Part shown: positions 26,550 through 41,300 of the stretch, piece after piece
How the letters are laid out: every line of letters begins with the position of its first letter
Numbering within the stretch: the first letter of the stretch is position 1
DNA from: Eledone cirrhosa
Taxonomy: Eukaryota
Assembly: GCA_964016885.1 (NCBI GenBank)
Contig: OZ024740.1
Span: 113,336,001-113,400,000, forward strand
Length of the DNA: 64,000 nt
Direction of reading: 5' to 3'
The notes under the pieces: model-generated
Database searches by the model: none
Told to the model about the DNA's origin: nothing
Seen by the model: only the letters and a program-made list of their open reading frames with translations
Program-made: the position numbers and the translations under genes

Positions 26550-26670
26550 AGAACCACGACGGCAGAGCTCAAGCCGTTTCGACAGCTATTTCTTGTCCAG
26601 AAATAGCTGTCGAAACGGCTAGAGCTCAGCCGTCGGGGTTCTGACTCTTTTGCTATTACCCACTCTAACT
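26550..26670. repeat. Long hairpin copy of the 8583/22770 repeat family
   Basis: agaaccacgacggcagagctcaagccgtttcgacagctatttct / agaaatagctgtcgaaacggctagagctcagccgtcggggttct, followed by tattacccactcta. Confidence 0.8.
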
Positions 26671-27099
26671 TTTGGGGCTGCAAATATTGCAAACACTTAA
26701 AATAATTAAGATCAGATATTTAAAATATCTATGACTCCTCTATAATTCCCCAATATTTAAACTATCAATTTGTAAAAACATTGACTATATGATCTTTAGG
26801 TCGCAATGTAATGCTGTAATTCTAAACCCTCTTTCAACAGGCTATTATTTAGTGAGGGTGTGATGTGGCAGCTCATAGGATGTTTACATTCCAAGATTAC
26901 CTAGGCTTGGCATACATTAAAGGATTCAATATAGCATAGAGTAACGTAGAGTGGCTAACTTTATTTTTACGTATTTTACAGAATATCTACTACAGTGGGC
27001 TGATATTTACCGATATCGATTGGATGAAAAGCAGAGTTGATCTTGGCTGAATTCAAACTCAGAGGGAAGAGAGTGCAAACAAATACTTGATGTTTTTAC

Positions 27100-27179
27100 T
27101 ACTTCACTGCCTTACTGACAAGATATGACAATGGTTTAATACTTCACTGCCTTACTGACAAGATATGACAATGGTTTAA
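27100..27179 (+). repeat. Perfect 40-bp tandem duplication
   Basis: tacttcactgccttactgacaagatatgacaatggtttaa x2. Confidence 0.92.
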
Positions 27180-28233
27180 AGCAGAGTTTCTGAAGCATTT
27201 TGTAAACTATTCCTTTTTTAGAGAATATGTTATCAATGTGTGACTTCACCATCCACTCTAAATTTGATATTTTAATAATTTTCATTTTATTTTATGCATG
27301 CAATTATGGAACAATTAAATGTGACAGTTTTGCGAACAACTATCAATTCATATTCTTTTTCCCTTTTCTCCATTACCACGTCCTTGGTTTTCAGCGACTA
27401 GCCCTCTACACTCTGGAATATCACAGGTATTCTATGGCACCTGCTTCGGGAATCACTACTCTATAGGGTGCTCGCTTTACTAGAAATAGCAGTCACATCC
27501 GTCTCAAATCACACGTCACACTCATATTGGAAGAACATGATAGATAATGTAAATTACAGCATTTCGTTATCATCAAGTATTAAAACCATTCCATAAATAT
27601 TGCCTACCAATGGTCTTCTTGAGTCTACCAGCATTCCAAGCGAGGTCGTGAAGGCGTGTCCTTCTGATAAGAATCACTGGGCAAAACGAAACATTTTGAA
27701 GTAACGACTTTACTCGAAATGTTAAGACTTGTACTACAGCACGACACATTCAAGAAAACCAAAAGGAGTCGATCATCAAAATGGACCAAGAAAGCAAGGT
27801 TTACATTGATCTTTCCATTGATAACACTCTCTGTTGGTCGTAGCTGGTAGGATCAACGTAAAAGGAAATATTTTGCGCACCACGCAGTCCCGTCCATGAA
27901 ACGAACACACGACCGTCAGATCTTCATATATTTATCAACACCTTATTATTTAGCCGGGAACCTTCTTACATTACAATAAGAACTCATATCTGGATCACAG
28001 TTGTTATTGTATTATCTTAATACAGTTCATAATTTTCAGGAATAATTCAAAGGCTGTTATTTGCTCCTAGCTTCACAGTTTCCAGCTTGCCTCATTAGAC
28101 TTGTATTCATCATCACACAATCGGATAAATCTCAGTGGAAGCAACATTTTTCCCTTTGTCTGTATTACCACTAATAATTTCAAATTCATCGCTTTCTGTT
28201 TCTGTATACGCATACACATGCACACACACCTAA

Positions 28234-28617
<384 letters not shown>

Positions 28618-29464
28618 TTCTTATAATATATAATATATATGTGCATTATATATAACTATCCACTACTAAAATTTTGAAGCTTTATTTCTGTTTGTGCATT
28701 TCTTGATTTTAACGAAAACACTCCATTGTACCATTGAAATACTTTAATTAATTTAGGCCTAAACATATGCAGTATACCCTAAAATAAATCCCATGATATT
28801 TTTGGTATGGAAACCACTAACACCAAGAATATTCTCCTTTATTTCATCACTATGGAAATGTTATGTTTTGCGATTCCTGGTAGTCAGGCAAGGGAAGGTA
28901 AAATTCGTTCACACATAGACACAGAAAGAGACATAAACAGGAAAAGAGATGGATAAATGGACACACAGATTCATGCAGGAACATACCAACACCCACATAA
29001 AACTTAGGCAAACATAATCGTTATACATCTATAAAATATATATAAGACATATATAAGAAAAACAAGCACATTGACCTCATCCTCAAGGCACGTATATAAT
29101 ATTGAGGAAGCTGAGAAGAAACACACAGACATGCGCTACTACAGAGACAGAGATAGAGAGATAGAGAGATAGGAGAAAGAGAAAGAGATAGTGAGAAAGA
29201 AAGAGATAAAGATAGAAAACGCAAAGGGGGAGTTTAGTTTACTTCTGTAGTCTCAGGAATCATATTTCAGGTATATTTTGCAAAACCTATCTAATGAAGA
29301 ATATTTTATAAATTATGATTGTAATTAAGAATTTTTGATTAAATAATCATCACCCCAAATAATCGCCCTTGTTACTCGTCGTTATCGTCGTCGTCGTATT
29401 CGTCATCGTCATCATCATCAACAATGACAACAACAACAATATTCGCGTTCCTTTCTTATCTATA

Positions 29465-30115
29465 TCTATATATCTAAAACAGAGAATGACTGTCTGTCTG
29501 TCTGTCTGTCTGCCTGACTCCCTAAACATCGAGAACCACCCAACCGATAGTTTTCAGACTTCACACATATAATACTTATGGTCCTGCGAGTGTTTTGAGC
29601 AAAAATAATTTCAAATTTTCAATGCCCTAGGGACCGCATTAGGCGATTTAGCGATCTCTCTCTATAATTCTTAGTTTTCTTTTTAGATAGATACATAGAT
29701 ATAACGTTCACCCTTATAATATCTGTCTGTATGTCTGGCTGTCTCCATTACGACATTATGACGCTATATATGTGTGAGTGTGTGTGTATATATGTATATA
29801 TATAGTGTATTTATATATATACATATAGTGTGTAACGTTTTTCGAAATATTTACTTCTGCGTTCACAGATTGATTTTTTTTAGTTTCAGAAGATCCCGTT
29901 AAGGGTGAAAGCAGCGATTCTTTGCTTAAACTTTAATCTGTTATTTTAATATATATATATATATAATTATATATTCGTGTACAGATATTTTTGCATACAC
30001 AATAACAAAATATAAACAAACGTATTTATTTTACGAGGCTCGATAAGGATAAATATATATCAAATATACAAGAACCCTAGAGCAAATCCCGAGCAACGCC
30101 GGGCCATTCTGCTAG
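29465..30115 (+). mobile_element. Non-autonomous Helitron
   Basis: 5' TCTATATATCTAAAAC then (CTGT)n; 3' hairpin CCCGAGCAACGCCGGG then CTAG; sits between A (29464) and T (30116). Confidence 0.85.
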
Positions 30116-30508
30116 TATAATATAAAAGAGAGATGTTTCTTGGTTGATTGGTTGTGTGTTTGGTTGGTTTATTTACACGAAAATTACACACACACATTCA
30201 TACACACATACACACACACATACGCGCACTCACACATACATACACATCTAAAGAGAGACACAGAAGGAGAGGCAGAGAGAGAGAGAGGCCGTTATACAGG
30301 GAGCGATAAAATTAAAGTGTTACATATTCAGATAGAGAGAGAGTGAGAACAAATAACAATGCACGCTGGTTTACACACACACACACATCCACACACACAT
30401 ATATATATATATAAGCAGATGTCTGTGCATAATGTCAATGAGGGTGTGAGAGGGGAGAGACAGAAAAGGAGAGGCAAATTGAGAAAGTGACTCTTTACTT
30501 CTCCTCCT

Positions 30509-30570
<62 letters not shown>

Positions 30571-31115
30571 ACAGACATAGACTAAAAGAGAGGAAGTGTT
30601 ACAGAGTGTGAGAGAATATGAGTGAGCGAGAGAAACAGATTGAGAAAAAGACAGACAGAAGAGAGAAAAAACACACAGTGAGAATAAGTTTCTATAAAAG
30701 TTGAAATAGAGGGGATAGCGGTAGAGAGAGACGCTGTATGTTTGATACTATATGTGTATGTGTATGTCTGTGTAAATACATGTGTATGTGATGTGTGTGA
30801 AAATAAGAGAAGGAAAGCAATAACTATTAACATGTGTACGTGTATGTGCGTGTGTATGTGCGTGTATGCGTGCACCGTTCTACAGAAAGTAAAAACTATC
30901 AACATGTGTGAGTGTGTGTGTGTACGGGCACCGTGTGTGCGTGTGTGCGTTTGCACGCATGTGTGCGTTAGCGTGCGTGTGTGTTCATGAGTGTGTGTGT
31001 GCGTGCGTATGCGTGCGTCCGGCGTTCCGCAATCGCCATTTATTTCATCGCTTGTGAAGATATTCACGAAATTTTCACTCATTTTTTCATTTAATACCCA
31101 TTTAAATTTTCAAAA

Positions 31116-33746
31116 ATGTTTCCGAGTAAAATGTTCTCACTCTCTATAAGAGATATAGATGATCAGTATTCTTCAGTGAAGCCAAGAGGAGTACAGATAG
31201 ACAGAGCAAGATCACTAGAGACCCCTGCACACCGACAGCAAAGGCATGAAAACGACCGGAGGAGAGCTGCTGCATGCAGGGCCAATGAGTCACAAGAGGC
31301 AAGGGAAAAACAGGTTAGAACAATTACGTCAACAAAATCCAATCCGCAGGAGCCAAGAGTGAACAAAGGAAAGAGAAAAATGTTTGAAGTATACAAGACA
31401 AGGGTTGCCCATGAGATAATAGGTCAAGGAGAGATTAGACAAAGTTAAAAACCAGGAGCAAACCGTTGCTGCAAAACTTCGCCAATCCTCAGAGGAAAGA
31501 CGTAAGCGTCTTGATCAAGATAGGCTGAGAAAGATCTCCGTGCATCAGATTACATTCACCTGAGAGATGCAATCAGCAATGAAGGAGCATTGGCTGCTGA
31601 TAACACTGGACAGCTTTGTTATACTTCCATCAAGCGTTACAGCATATCCACGGTATATGCAGGAGCATATCCAACATGCACTTACATATGTCAGACACTA
31701 TGGTCGTCAAGACGTCTTCATTACATTCACATGTAACCCAGCATGGCATGAAATAAAGAGTGCGCTTTATCATCATCAAGAACCTAAAGATCGCCATGAT
31801 ATTATAGCTAGGGTGACGAGACTTAAAGTCATAAAGCTGATGGATCTCCTACAAAATGGTGAATTCTGTGAACCAGTCAAATATGACATGTACACAATTG
31901 AATGGCAAAACGAGGATTGCCACATGCCCACATTTTGATTTGGCTACATGAAAAACTTCGGCCAAAAGATATTGATTTATTTATCTCAGCTGAACTGCCT
32001 GATCCACAGCAAGATCCTTTGTTGCATGAAATTGTCAAGTCCCAGATGATTCATCGGCCCTGTGGTTCAATTAATTCATCCTCCCCATGCACGAGGGATA
32101 ATAAGTGTATCAAGAACTACCCACGTCCCTCTGTACAAGAAAACCAAACTGGAGAAGGTGGCTACTCCCTTTAAAGAAGAAGAAAACCTGGGCATGCTGG
32201 ATACACTTCGAAAAGAAAAGTGCGAAATGGGCAAGAATTCATCACTGGCAATCGGTGGGTCGCACTCTACTATCCACTTCTTACAAAAACTTCCAAAGCC
32301 CATATCAATATTGAATTCTGCAACTCTGTTAAGTCTATTAAGTATGTTTGCAAATATATAAACAAAGGTTTAGATGTTACAACATACACTCTTTTGCAGA
32401 ATGGCAGTCAGCAGATAAATAAAAATGACGAAGTTACACAGTATGAGAGAGAAAGATACATCAGTAGCAATGAGTGTTTTTGACGCATCTTCAATTTTCT
32501 CATTTATTAACGGCACCCAGCCATCATTCATCTGAGTGTCCATATAGAGAATGGTCAAAGGGTTATCTTTACAAAACAAAACGCCTTGCAACAAGCACTT
32601 TCTCCGAAAGAAACTACCCTTACTGACTTTTTTAAGTGTGTCAAGAAGATGAAGATGCAAGAAAACTCCTTTACCTAGACTTACCCAAGTATTACACCTG
32701 GAGAAACAATACATGGCACCAGAGGAAACATGGGGCTGATGCTCTTGCAAGAGTTAACAGTGTCTACCAAAGCCAAGCAGAATGCTACTATATATGGCTC
32801 CTTTTGCATGAAGTACGTGGTTCCAAATCACTCCAAGATTTGAGGAGGGTAATGGTCATGTGTGTGAAACTTATAGGGAAGCATGCTATCAACAAGGTTT
32901 TTTTTAGAAAATGATGAGTATTAGGACCTTGCATTGACTTAAGCATCAGTGTCAGATTCTCCAAGGAAACTCCGTAATCTTTTTGCAATTATGCTGAACA
33001 TGTGTTAACTTGGCAGTCCACTACAGCTTTGAAGGAAACATCGTGCGGACATGACTGAGGAGTTATCAATTTTCAGTTCTCTAAAATGCTTTTTAACCAA
33101 ACGCTGTTTGAAATTGAGGATCAAGTTTTGGCTATGAGAGGTAAACATTTGCAAGAGCCTGGTTCTGGTCTGCCAAAATCAAACCGTCAAATTAGTGCGT
33201 TAACTTCAAGAGGCATAGCAAGAGAGACAAATTATGACATCACAGAGTGGGCTGCATTTGTGAATGGACATGAAACTAAGCTTCTTCCAGAACAACGCTG
33301 TCCATATGATAAAAGTATTTCATCAGAGAAAAAAGCGGAGGAATTTTCTTTCTTGATGCTCCTGGTGGCACCGGTAAAACATTTGTAACGACATTGCTTC
33401 TCTCCAAGGTATTGCAACAAGAAAAAACAAACAAAAAAAACAAACAAAAAAAATCAACAAATTGCAGTTGCTGTAGCATCGCCTGCCATTTCTGCCACCC
33501 TTCTCCCAGGAAGACAAACAGCTCATTCTGCTTTCAAATTACAGCTAAACCTGGCCACAAATGACAGTCCAATTTGTAACATAAACAAAGATTCAGGTTC
33601 AGAAGTGTTGTGCCAATGTCACCTGATCATTTGAGATTAATGCACCATGTATGTCACATAGAGATGCAATAAAAGCTCCTGATAAGACCTTACATGACAT
33701 AAGGGGCAACAGTAAATCTATGGGAGGAGTTACATTAGTTTTATTA
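31116..33746 (+). pseudogene. Helitron Rep/Pif1-helicase (RepHel) pseudogene
   Basis: FITFTCNP, YTIEWQ/KRGLPHAHILIWL (HUH), KSIKYVCKYINKG (Y2), FLDAPGGTGKTF (Walker A, about 33345-33385), TAHSAFKL, GGVTLVL. Many stops and frameshifts. Confidence 0.92.
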
Positions 33747-36700
33747 GATTACTACTGGTATGGCAAGCGTGTTTATGGCATCGATCCTATTCCTTGCATT
33801 CAATTCCGTTCTTAAGATTGCTCTTACTCTGCGGTAACATTCCTTCCTTATCCTTTCCCTCATTGTCGAGTGCTGGATTCCGTCTCCGTCACAAACACCT
33901 AGATATTTGTAAGTTTCCTCTTGATTAAGTTCTCTTATCACATTCCCCCGATCAAGATTCCCCGATCAAGATTAATGTCTGAACTTTTCAGCAGCTTTCC
34001 TCTGGTGAACGTTGCTTTAGCGCATTTATCTAGTCCAAACTCTATTTTAATGTCATCACTGAACTGCTCCACAGTGGATAATAGCCCTTGCAATTGTTCA
34101 TCATTTTTTGCAAATAGTTTCAGGTCATCCATGTAGAACAAGTGATTAATGGTTTTATCATAGACTTTATATCCATGTTTTGTTTCATTGAGCATTTTAC
34201 TTAATGGTATAAGTGCGATGCAGAATAAAAGCGGTGATAAAGAGTCACCCTGAAAAATTCCACAATTAATATCCAGCTTCCAGTGATTTTGTTTCACTAT
34301 TCAAAAGGAGTGTCGTTTTCCATGTCTTCATACTGAATGACAGAAACCTCCTGACAACGGGAGATATTTTGAAAATCTCTAAACATTATTCAATCCAACT
34401 ATGTGGCAAACTATCGAATGCTTTTTTATAATCTATCCAAGCAATTGATAGAATTTTGTGTCTATTAGGACAATCTTCCAGTATCATTTTGTTAACCAGA
34501 AGCTGATTCTTACAGCCAATATGAGTCTCGTTTACACCCTTTCTGCTCATTGGGAAATAGATCATTTGTTATCAGGTGGTCATATGTATATTCAGTTAGG
34601 ACTGATGTTAACATTTTATTCATTGTGGTCAAGCAAGTTATCGGTCTGTAATTTTTGGGATTGTTTGTCTCATCATTCTTCGGAAGCAGGAATGTAATGC
34701 CGTTAACTAGCCATGATGGTTTCTTTTCTGGCTCCTTAACTATTTCATTGTAAAGTTGGGCTAACATCTATTAGACTATGTGAAGGCATTTATCCAAAAA
34801 TTTGGTATTTTGTCTTTTCCTTGGGATTTCCATTTGCTGGTTTTTCTAAGAGCCGAACGCCACTGTTCAACTTTTATATTTTCCCATATTTGTTCCTCAA
34901 GGTGAGCTGTATCTTTCATTTGTCTGTCTATCCATGGGCCATATATATTATGAACTTTTTCTTCGGCCCAGACCTTTTCCCAGAATTCTTGCACTTCCTC
35001 CTTGGATGGTATTGATTTAGCAGTTATTGTTGACTTACCAATTTTTCTGTAGAAGTTTCTTTGGTTGTTTTTGAACATATTATTGTCCTTATAGAATCTA
35101 GATCGTTTTTCAAAGCACCTTATACGAGCAGCTTTGGCCGACACTTTTTCCTTGATTATTTCTATCAGCATGTCTATGTCACTTGTTGATTTTATACTGT
35201 ATTTTCTTTTCAATTTCTAAGTTTAGTTTGTTTAACATGTTCACCTACTTTCTAGTTTGTTAAAATTTCTATGTCAGATCGGAGAATGATTATTTGGCGA
35301 TTGATGTTCTCTTGCCAAGTAGATTTCTTGTGGGAATTCCTTTGTTTTTTCATTTTCACTCCACATAAGTGAGTGGTGACTTTAGCCGATGCATAATAGA
35401 GATGGTTTAAATCAGTAATGTTTAGTTTGTTTGTGATGATAATGTTTTTGAGAATTATGTTAGTCTTGTGTATTATCTTTTGGTTCTGTTTGGAGTTCTG
35501 GATCTTAGGGACAGTGTCTCGTTTCCCCATGTCAGATTCTTTCATTTTCATCCATTCGATCATAATTTCATCCTTCAAGTTGGCAAGTTCATTCTCATTC
35601 ATTTCTTTATCATTTACGATCTCATTGTTTTCATTTTGAGTTTCATCTTGTGCATGCACTCCCTCCATTTTTTCGATCCTTTCTTTAATTTGTTCTGTTG
35701 TCAGTGATTCCGCCCCAACCCTGGGATTCAAAGTGTTACAATTTACCTCGTTTTCACTGACACATGTTTCATTTTCCCTTCGCTGACTTTGTGCTATAGC
35801 TTGATCTGATCAATTTCTATATCAGTTAGTAACTTTTTTTTAACAATATTTCTTCGTATATTGGCTAGTTTGTTACTGTCTATATAGCCTCTGTTTTCGG
35901 GATGTTTCTTTTTCCAGTTTTGTATTCGATCTGTATTCGACCTATTTGGTGGGTAGTACATGGCAGTGTAGAAAGCCTCAAGGACTTCTTTATTATCTTC
36001 CCTTGACCATTTATCTCTCTTTTTCTTTGGATTTCTTGGTGGTGAGCATGGAGGGCCAACAGTAGGAGTATTCCGGTTATGGGAGGTCTCTAGCTCCGAA
36101 GTGATGGGAAGGTTTGAACCATTAGCTGATTTTTCGACCCCAGTCTGGTTCCTCTCTGAGGGACGCGGCCCTTTTTGACCCGGGTGACGGCCGATCCGGT
36201 ATGAGATTTTATCATTTGACATTTATTTTATTTTGTCGCGTTTTATCATTAACCGCCAAGGAGTAATCATTTCGTGTTACCACTTCTAGGACAAGTGTCA
36301 ACCAAGACTAGAGGGGTCGTCCTCCCCTAGAGACACGGCTATTCCCCGCTGGCCGCCATCCCGGTTTTTCGTTGTCACGGGGTTTTCTATTTTGTTGTTT
36401 TTTAAATTGTTATTATCATGAGTGGTTCCTTAATGTGAGCATTGCGTGGCTTAAGAATGAAATTATTATTAATAATATAATATACTTTTTGCTGAAGTTG
36501 CCTGTTATTGTTGTTGGCTATGTCGGTGGTGGTGCTGGGGCTTTTTATATTGTTGGTGAGGAAGGGGGAGCCAGCAGTGCCATAGTCGTTGACATTTGAC
36601 CGGGTCACTAAGTCAATCTATTTATATCTTTTGCTAGCCTCTCCCTTGTCTAGTGATACCGCCACCTTCTCCTTTCTTAAATTAACAGAAGGTAATGGGG

Positions 36701-37359
36701 GAATAGTGGTGGTAGCAATGAAGGAGTGGTGGCGGCGGTGATGGGATAGTGGTAGCAATGATGGATGGAGTAGTGGCGGCGGTGACTATAGTGATGGCGT
36801 TGTCGTTACTGAGTTTTGTTGAATAGACTGTGGTAGTATGCGTTTGTTTGATCTGTGTATCTATGCGGTGTGTCGTGTATGTTTAATATATGTGTTGACA
36901 TATTTTTTTAATATTTGAATTAAACATTTTGAGAAAACTTGAGATACAATAATAGTAATTATTATTATTATGCTGGGATTGGTGGTGGTGGTGGTGAAAT
37001 TGCCGTTATCTAGCTGTTGTATTTAGTGTACACAGAGGGATGATGGGATAGGTGGTGTATCTGGTTTGTGGTGTTGGTGAAATTGCTGTTATTTGGCTGT
37101 TCTATATAGTGTAGACAGAGGGGGTTGTCTTCCATTTATAACCATTATCTTATTTGAATATAAAATTATAATACAAAATTGAATATTTGAGCGATATAAC
37201 AGGATATTATGGATCCAAATTTTCTGAGAGTTGAGTCTGGTGCTTTATGTATCATTTGTACTAAGAATTGTTATATCACAGTTGTTTTAAATATGTTAAA
37301 AATCAAAAACTTACGGGGCGATTTCATGACCTTCTATCCAACACGTGTGTCTTCTTCCC
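33747..37359 (-). mobile_element. Dong/R4-clade LINE family B: intact 5' end, 3' part missing, decayed ORF
   Basis: Collinear with 55203-58657. ORF starts at 36222 (MSNDKISYR); NYRPITCL, GIFQGDSLSP, YMDD, YKYLG. 5' end GGGAAGAAGAC preceded by (GAA)n and (TAA)n. Confidence 0.92.
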
Positions 37360-37383
37360 TTCTTCTTCTTCTTCTTCTTCTTC

Positions 37384-37433
<50 letters not shown>

Positions 37434-38248
37434 GTTGTTATTCCTTGAATCTCAGTCATTGATGTTGGTTAACTGGAAAGTCCGTTGGATTGAATATCAA
37501 GCCACTACCTGCAGCCTCAGATATTCAGGACGTATCGGAGGGTTCTTGCTGTTCCAAGCAAGCATGCCTTTTGAAGCGTTCCAAAAAGCGTGAGGGGCCG
37601 ATTTTCTTTAACCATCCCTGGAAACTTTTGGAGATAGTCCCCAGTGCGCCTATGACAATCGGGATCACTTTGACTTCATGGCAGTTCCAAATCCTTTTCA
37701 CCTCCCACTTTAGGTCCTGGTATCGGTTAATTTTCTCCCTCTCCTTCTCTTGCACTCTCGTGTCGAACGGGCAGGCCACATCCACAATCAGACACGATCT
37801 TTTTTCTTTGTCTACAACCACCAGGTCAGGTCTATTGTGTTCCAGTTTTTTGTCCGTCTGTATCCTAAAATCCCACAGCACCTTCACCTGATTGTTCTCC
37901 ATCACCGCCTCTGGCCTATGCTCATACCATTTCTCAGAATGTGGTAAATTGTTTACTTTGCACAGGTGCCAGTGGATCACCCTGCCCATCACATCGTGTC
38001 TCCAGCCCTTATAGTGGGTCTGGGCTAATTGTTTACACTCGGACACAATGTGAGCCACAGTCTCCTCTCTGTCTCCACAGATCCTGCACAGTGGGCTAGC
38101 CTCCTCCTTGTAGATATGGTGCTTCAACCACTTCGTTTTGAGGGCCTGCTCCTTATAATTATTATTATTATTATATAATAATAACAGTGGGCTAGCCTCC
38201 TCCTTGTAGATATGGTGCTTCAACCACTTCGTTTTGAGGGCCTGCTCC

Positions 38249-38250
<2 letters not shown>
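37434..38250 (-). mobile_element. 5'-truncated Dong/R4 family A copy (CCHC+RLE) with duplicated 5' junction
   Basis: Near-identical to 18191-18912; TAA repeats on both sides; 38184-38250 duplicates 38088-38154. Confidence 0.92.
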
Positions 38251-38328
<78 letters not shown>

Positions 38329-41300
38329 GGTGAAGCCACGCTTCTTATCGACTCCAGTTTTTTTCAACGTTCTACCTCGTTTTCAACCGTTCTAAACCTT
38401 TTATTCAAGTTTTAAATTTGATAAAAGTTTAGAAGAAGTGACCCACCTAATACAGGGGTTCACTCGTAAATAATACGGCACCCCTTTACGGGGTGTCGTA
38501 GTCGTATTCGTATTTGTGTAAAAATATTTTTTTGAAAAAAAAATCAACATGGATAATACAAGAAACAGAGAGAGCGCTGTCAGACAACACAGAGAGAGGT
38601 AGACTTTATCAGCATGTCAACAAGACAGCGTTCCAACGGATGTAAATATAAACGAAAATATTACAAAGGAAAAGAAGATTGTTACAGATTTAAAATTAAC
38701 AAATATTTCTAACACAAACAACACCAACAATAACACCAACAATAACACCAACAACAACACCAGCAACAACACCATCAATAACAACAGCAACAACAAAAAT
38801 AATAGCGGTAAAGTCGAGAACGACAATAACAAAAATAACAGTGGTAAGGTCGAGAACGACAATAACAATGACATAACAACAGCCACAACAAAAATAATAG
38901 TAGGAACACTATCAACAAAAACAACAATAATAACAACAGCCACAATAACAGTAACAACAGCAACAGTATCAACGAAAACAACAACAACACCAACAACTGT
39001 ACCAACGAAAACATCAACAATGACATCGATACCTGTAATAGCGATCTCAGCACCACCATTAAGACCAGTAGCGACAGCAATAGTAGTGCTGCTGAAAAAG
39101 GGACCACTTCTTTTGCAGGTGTCGCTCGAAATATCGAGACAGTGTTAGTCACAGAGGAGGAGATGGCAGTCGCAAGGGCCATGGTGACAAGAAGCGCCAA
39201 TAGAGTCTCCCTGAAACCTCCACCCGATTTTGTCAAGGACCAGCAGCTACGGACGGTGACTTACCGCACCGTAAGCAAAATCTCACATCGGGTGGAGAGA
39301 GCCACGGAGACTCAAATCCAAAAGGCCTTGGGGTGCGTCTGGGCACGCAAAACCCACATCAGCCGAGGCAGAAAGTACGCCACAGTAGACGTACTTTCGC
39401 CACCCCCCAGGAAGCAAAGTCTCACACTTTGGAAACCTTAAAGAGTGGGGAGATAGTCTTGGTGCCCTCCTACTGCGGGCAGAAAATTGTGAGGGTCAAA
39501 GTGACCCAGGTCCCACCCGGCGTGACCATACCTTGGCTGGCCGCGTCTGTCCTTGCTGGAATCGAGAACAGGACGACCATGCTGCAAGTAGAAAAAATAG
39601 GGAGAGAGAACTGGTCAGGTATAGTCATGCAAATGCTTATACAAACTGACCAGGAATGTATCGATGCTATCCCTGATATCATAGACATCGAGGAAAGACT
39701 CCAACTCCCTATAAGTGTAGAAAGAAGGCGGCCAAAATGTTATCTCTGTGGGTCGAAGGGTCACCTCAGGGCCTTTTTCCCGCAGAATACAGCGAAGTAG
39801 AAGGCCCCTCTCCTTCCAATACCTTGTCCGTTGCTACCAAGAGTAGGGCAGGCAACAAACGCAGAAGCCCCTTCCACGGTGAGTAGGAGGGCAACGTCCG
39901 TAGCACCCGTACCAAGGCCACGGACAACTAAAGCAGCATCATCAGTGGAGGCAACACCAATAGCTACATTTGAAGTAGCTACACCAGCAACAAAATTGCC
40001 GAAGAGGGTTGCACTACCACCACCAACAACCGTGGAGAACATCCCAGATGCCACAGAATCCGACATGGAGTTTGAGGCGGGAGTGAATTGACAAACGGTC
40101 TGCCACAAAAAAAACAAAAAAGAAAAAAACCCTTAGATTCACCCTCCAAAAGCGAAGGCATACAAAGAGGGGTAAAGGCAGCAAGGAAACTTGCAGCAAC
40201 ACCACCACCATCACCACCACAGGCACCACTGACAACAACAACCACACCATTACCAGCATCACCAAAAACACCAACAACGCAAACACAACAAGACACACAC
40301 ACCTAACAGCAGCAAGAAGAAAACAGCAACAAAATCCCCCCTGTCCCCAAAAAGTACAGAGCCATAAACATGGCAAAAAAGAACTCATACAATATATAAA
40401 GCAGCACCCAGACATCACAGAAAAAAACTACTACACCCCACCAACACCAAGAACTCTCCCGACAAACATAAGCATCATTGAAATCTCAATAGAACAGTAC
40501 AAACCTTTAAAACAAAAATTATCCAACTCAGTTGGAGACTTCAGAGGGTCGGTTACCAAGAGGATATACACTGACATCCTCTTGGAAACACCCATGACCA
40601 GCGAAAGGGACGGTTCTACTGTCCCTTCACCACACGATCAAGTTAAGTGACCCTTTCTCAATTGCCCCGTTTCTCATCCAACATGGCCGTACTCAGAATA
40701 GGCAGTATAAATGCACGTGGCCTGGGTCATCTTGGAAGCAGGGTCACCTGCTCAACGACCTCAGGTCACTAAACATAGATGTGGTGGCCATCAGTGAGAC
40801 CAGAATCTCTGAAGCACAAGCCTTCGCACCGATATTCGGCGGCTACGATGTATACGCATCTTCCAGCCGTCCTGGATCGGGGGGAGGGCTTGCCATCCTT
40901 TTTCGGAGAGGCTTGGATCTCGCCATACGGGCCATTTCCTAGACCCAGAAAGTAAGTCGGTGGTGCTGGACGTGACCGGCAGCGAAGGCAATGATTTCAG
41001 GCTAGTAGCCGTCTACGCCCCAACAGGGACAGGACGGCCAGATTTCTTCAGACGTCTAGAGACCTTTCTTGGAACTTCCCGCTCTTTAGTGTTAGTGGGC
41101 GACTGGAACGGTATCTTGGATGCACGCTGGGATTGTGTGGGTCTAGTGAATAGGGGAGGAGAGCCTTACCAACCTGCTCAGACGTTTTGAACTGTCTAAC
41201 AGGTATCGACTGGATCACCCGAATGTGCCAATGTGGACATGAACAAACCACATCGGGTCATCCAGATCGTATCTCGAAAGGGCATTCTGCAGAAGAACTA

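Larger units (their letters stand above)
29459..33746 (+). mobile_element. 5' portion of a decayed autonomous Helitron
   Basis: Removing the nested element restores TCTATA+TATAATATAAAAGAGAG. RepHel remnants follow, cut off at the Dong junction. Confidence 0.75.

Noticed and set aside
37525-38367. 280-aa ORF with poly-Asn
   Set aside because: (AAT)n target read in frame with a truncated Dong fragment.
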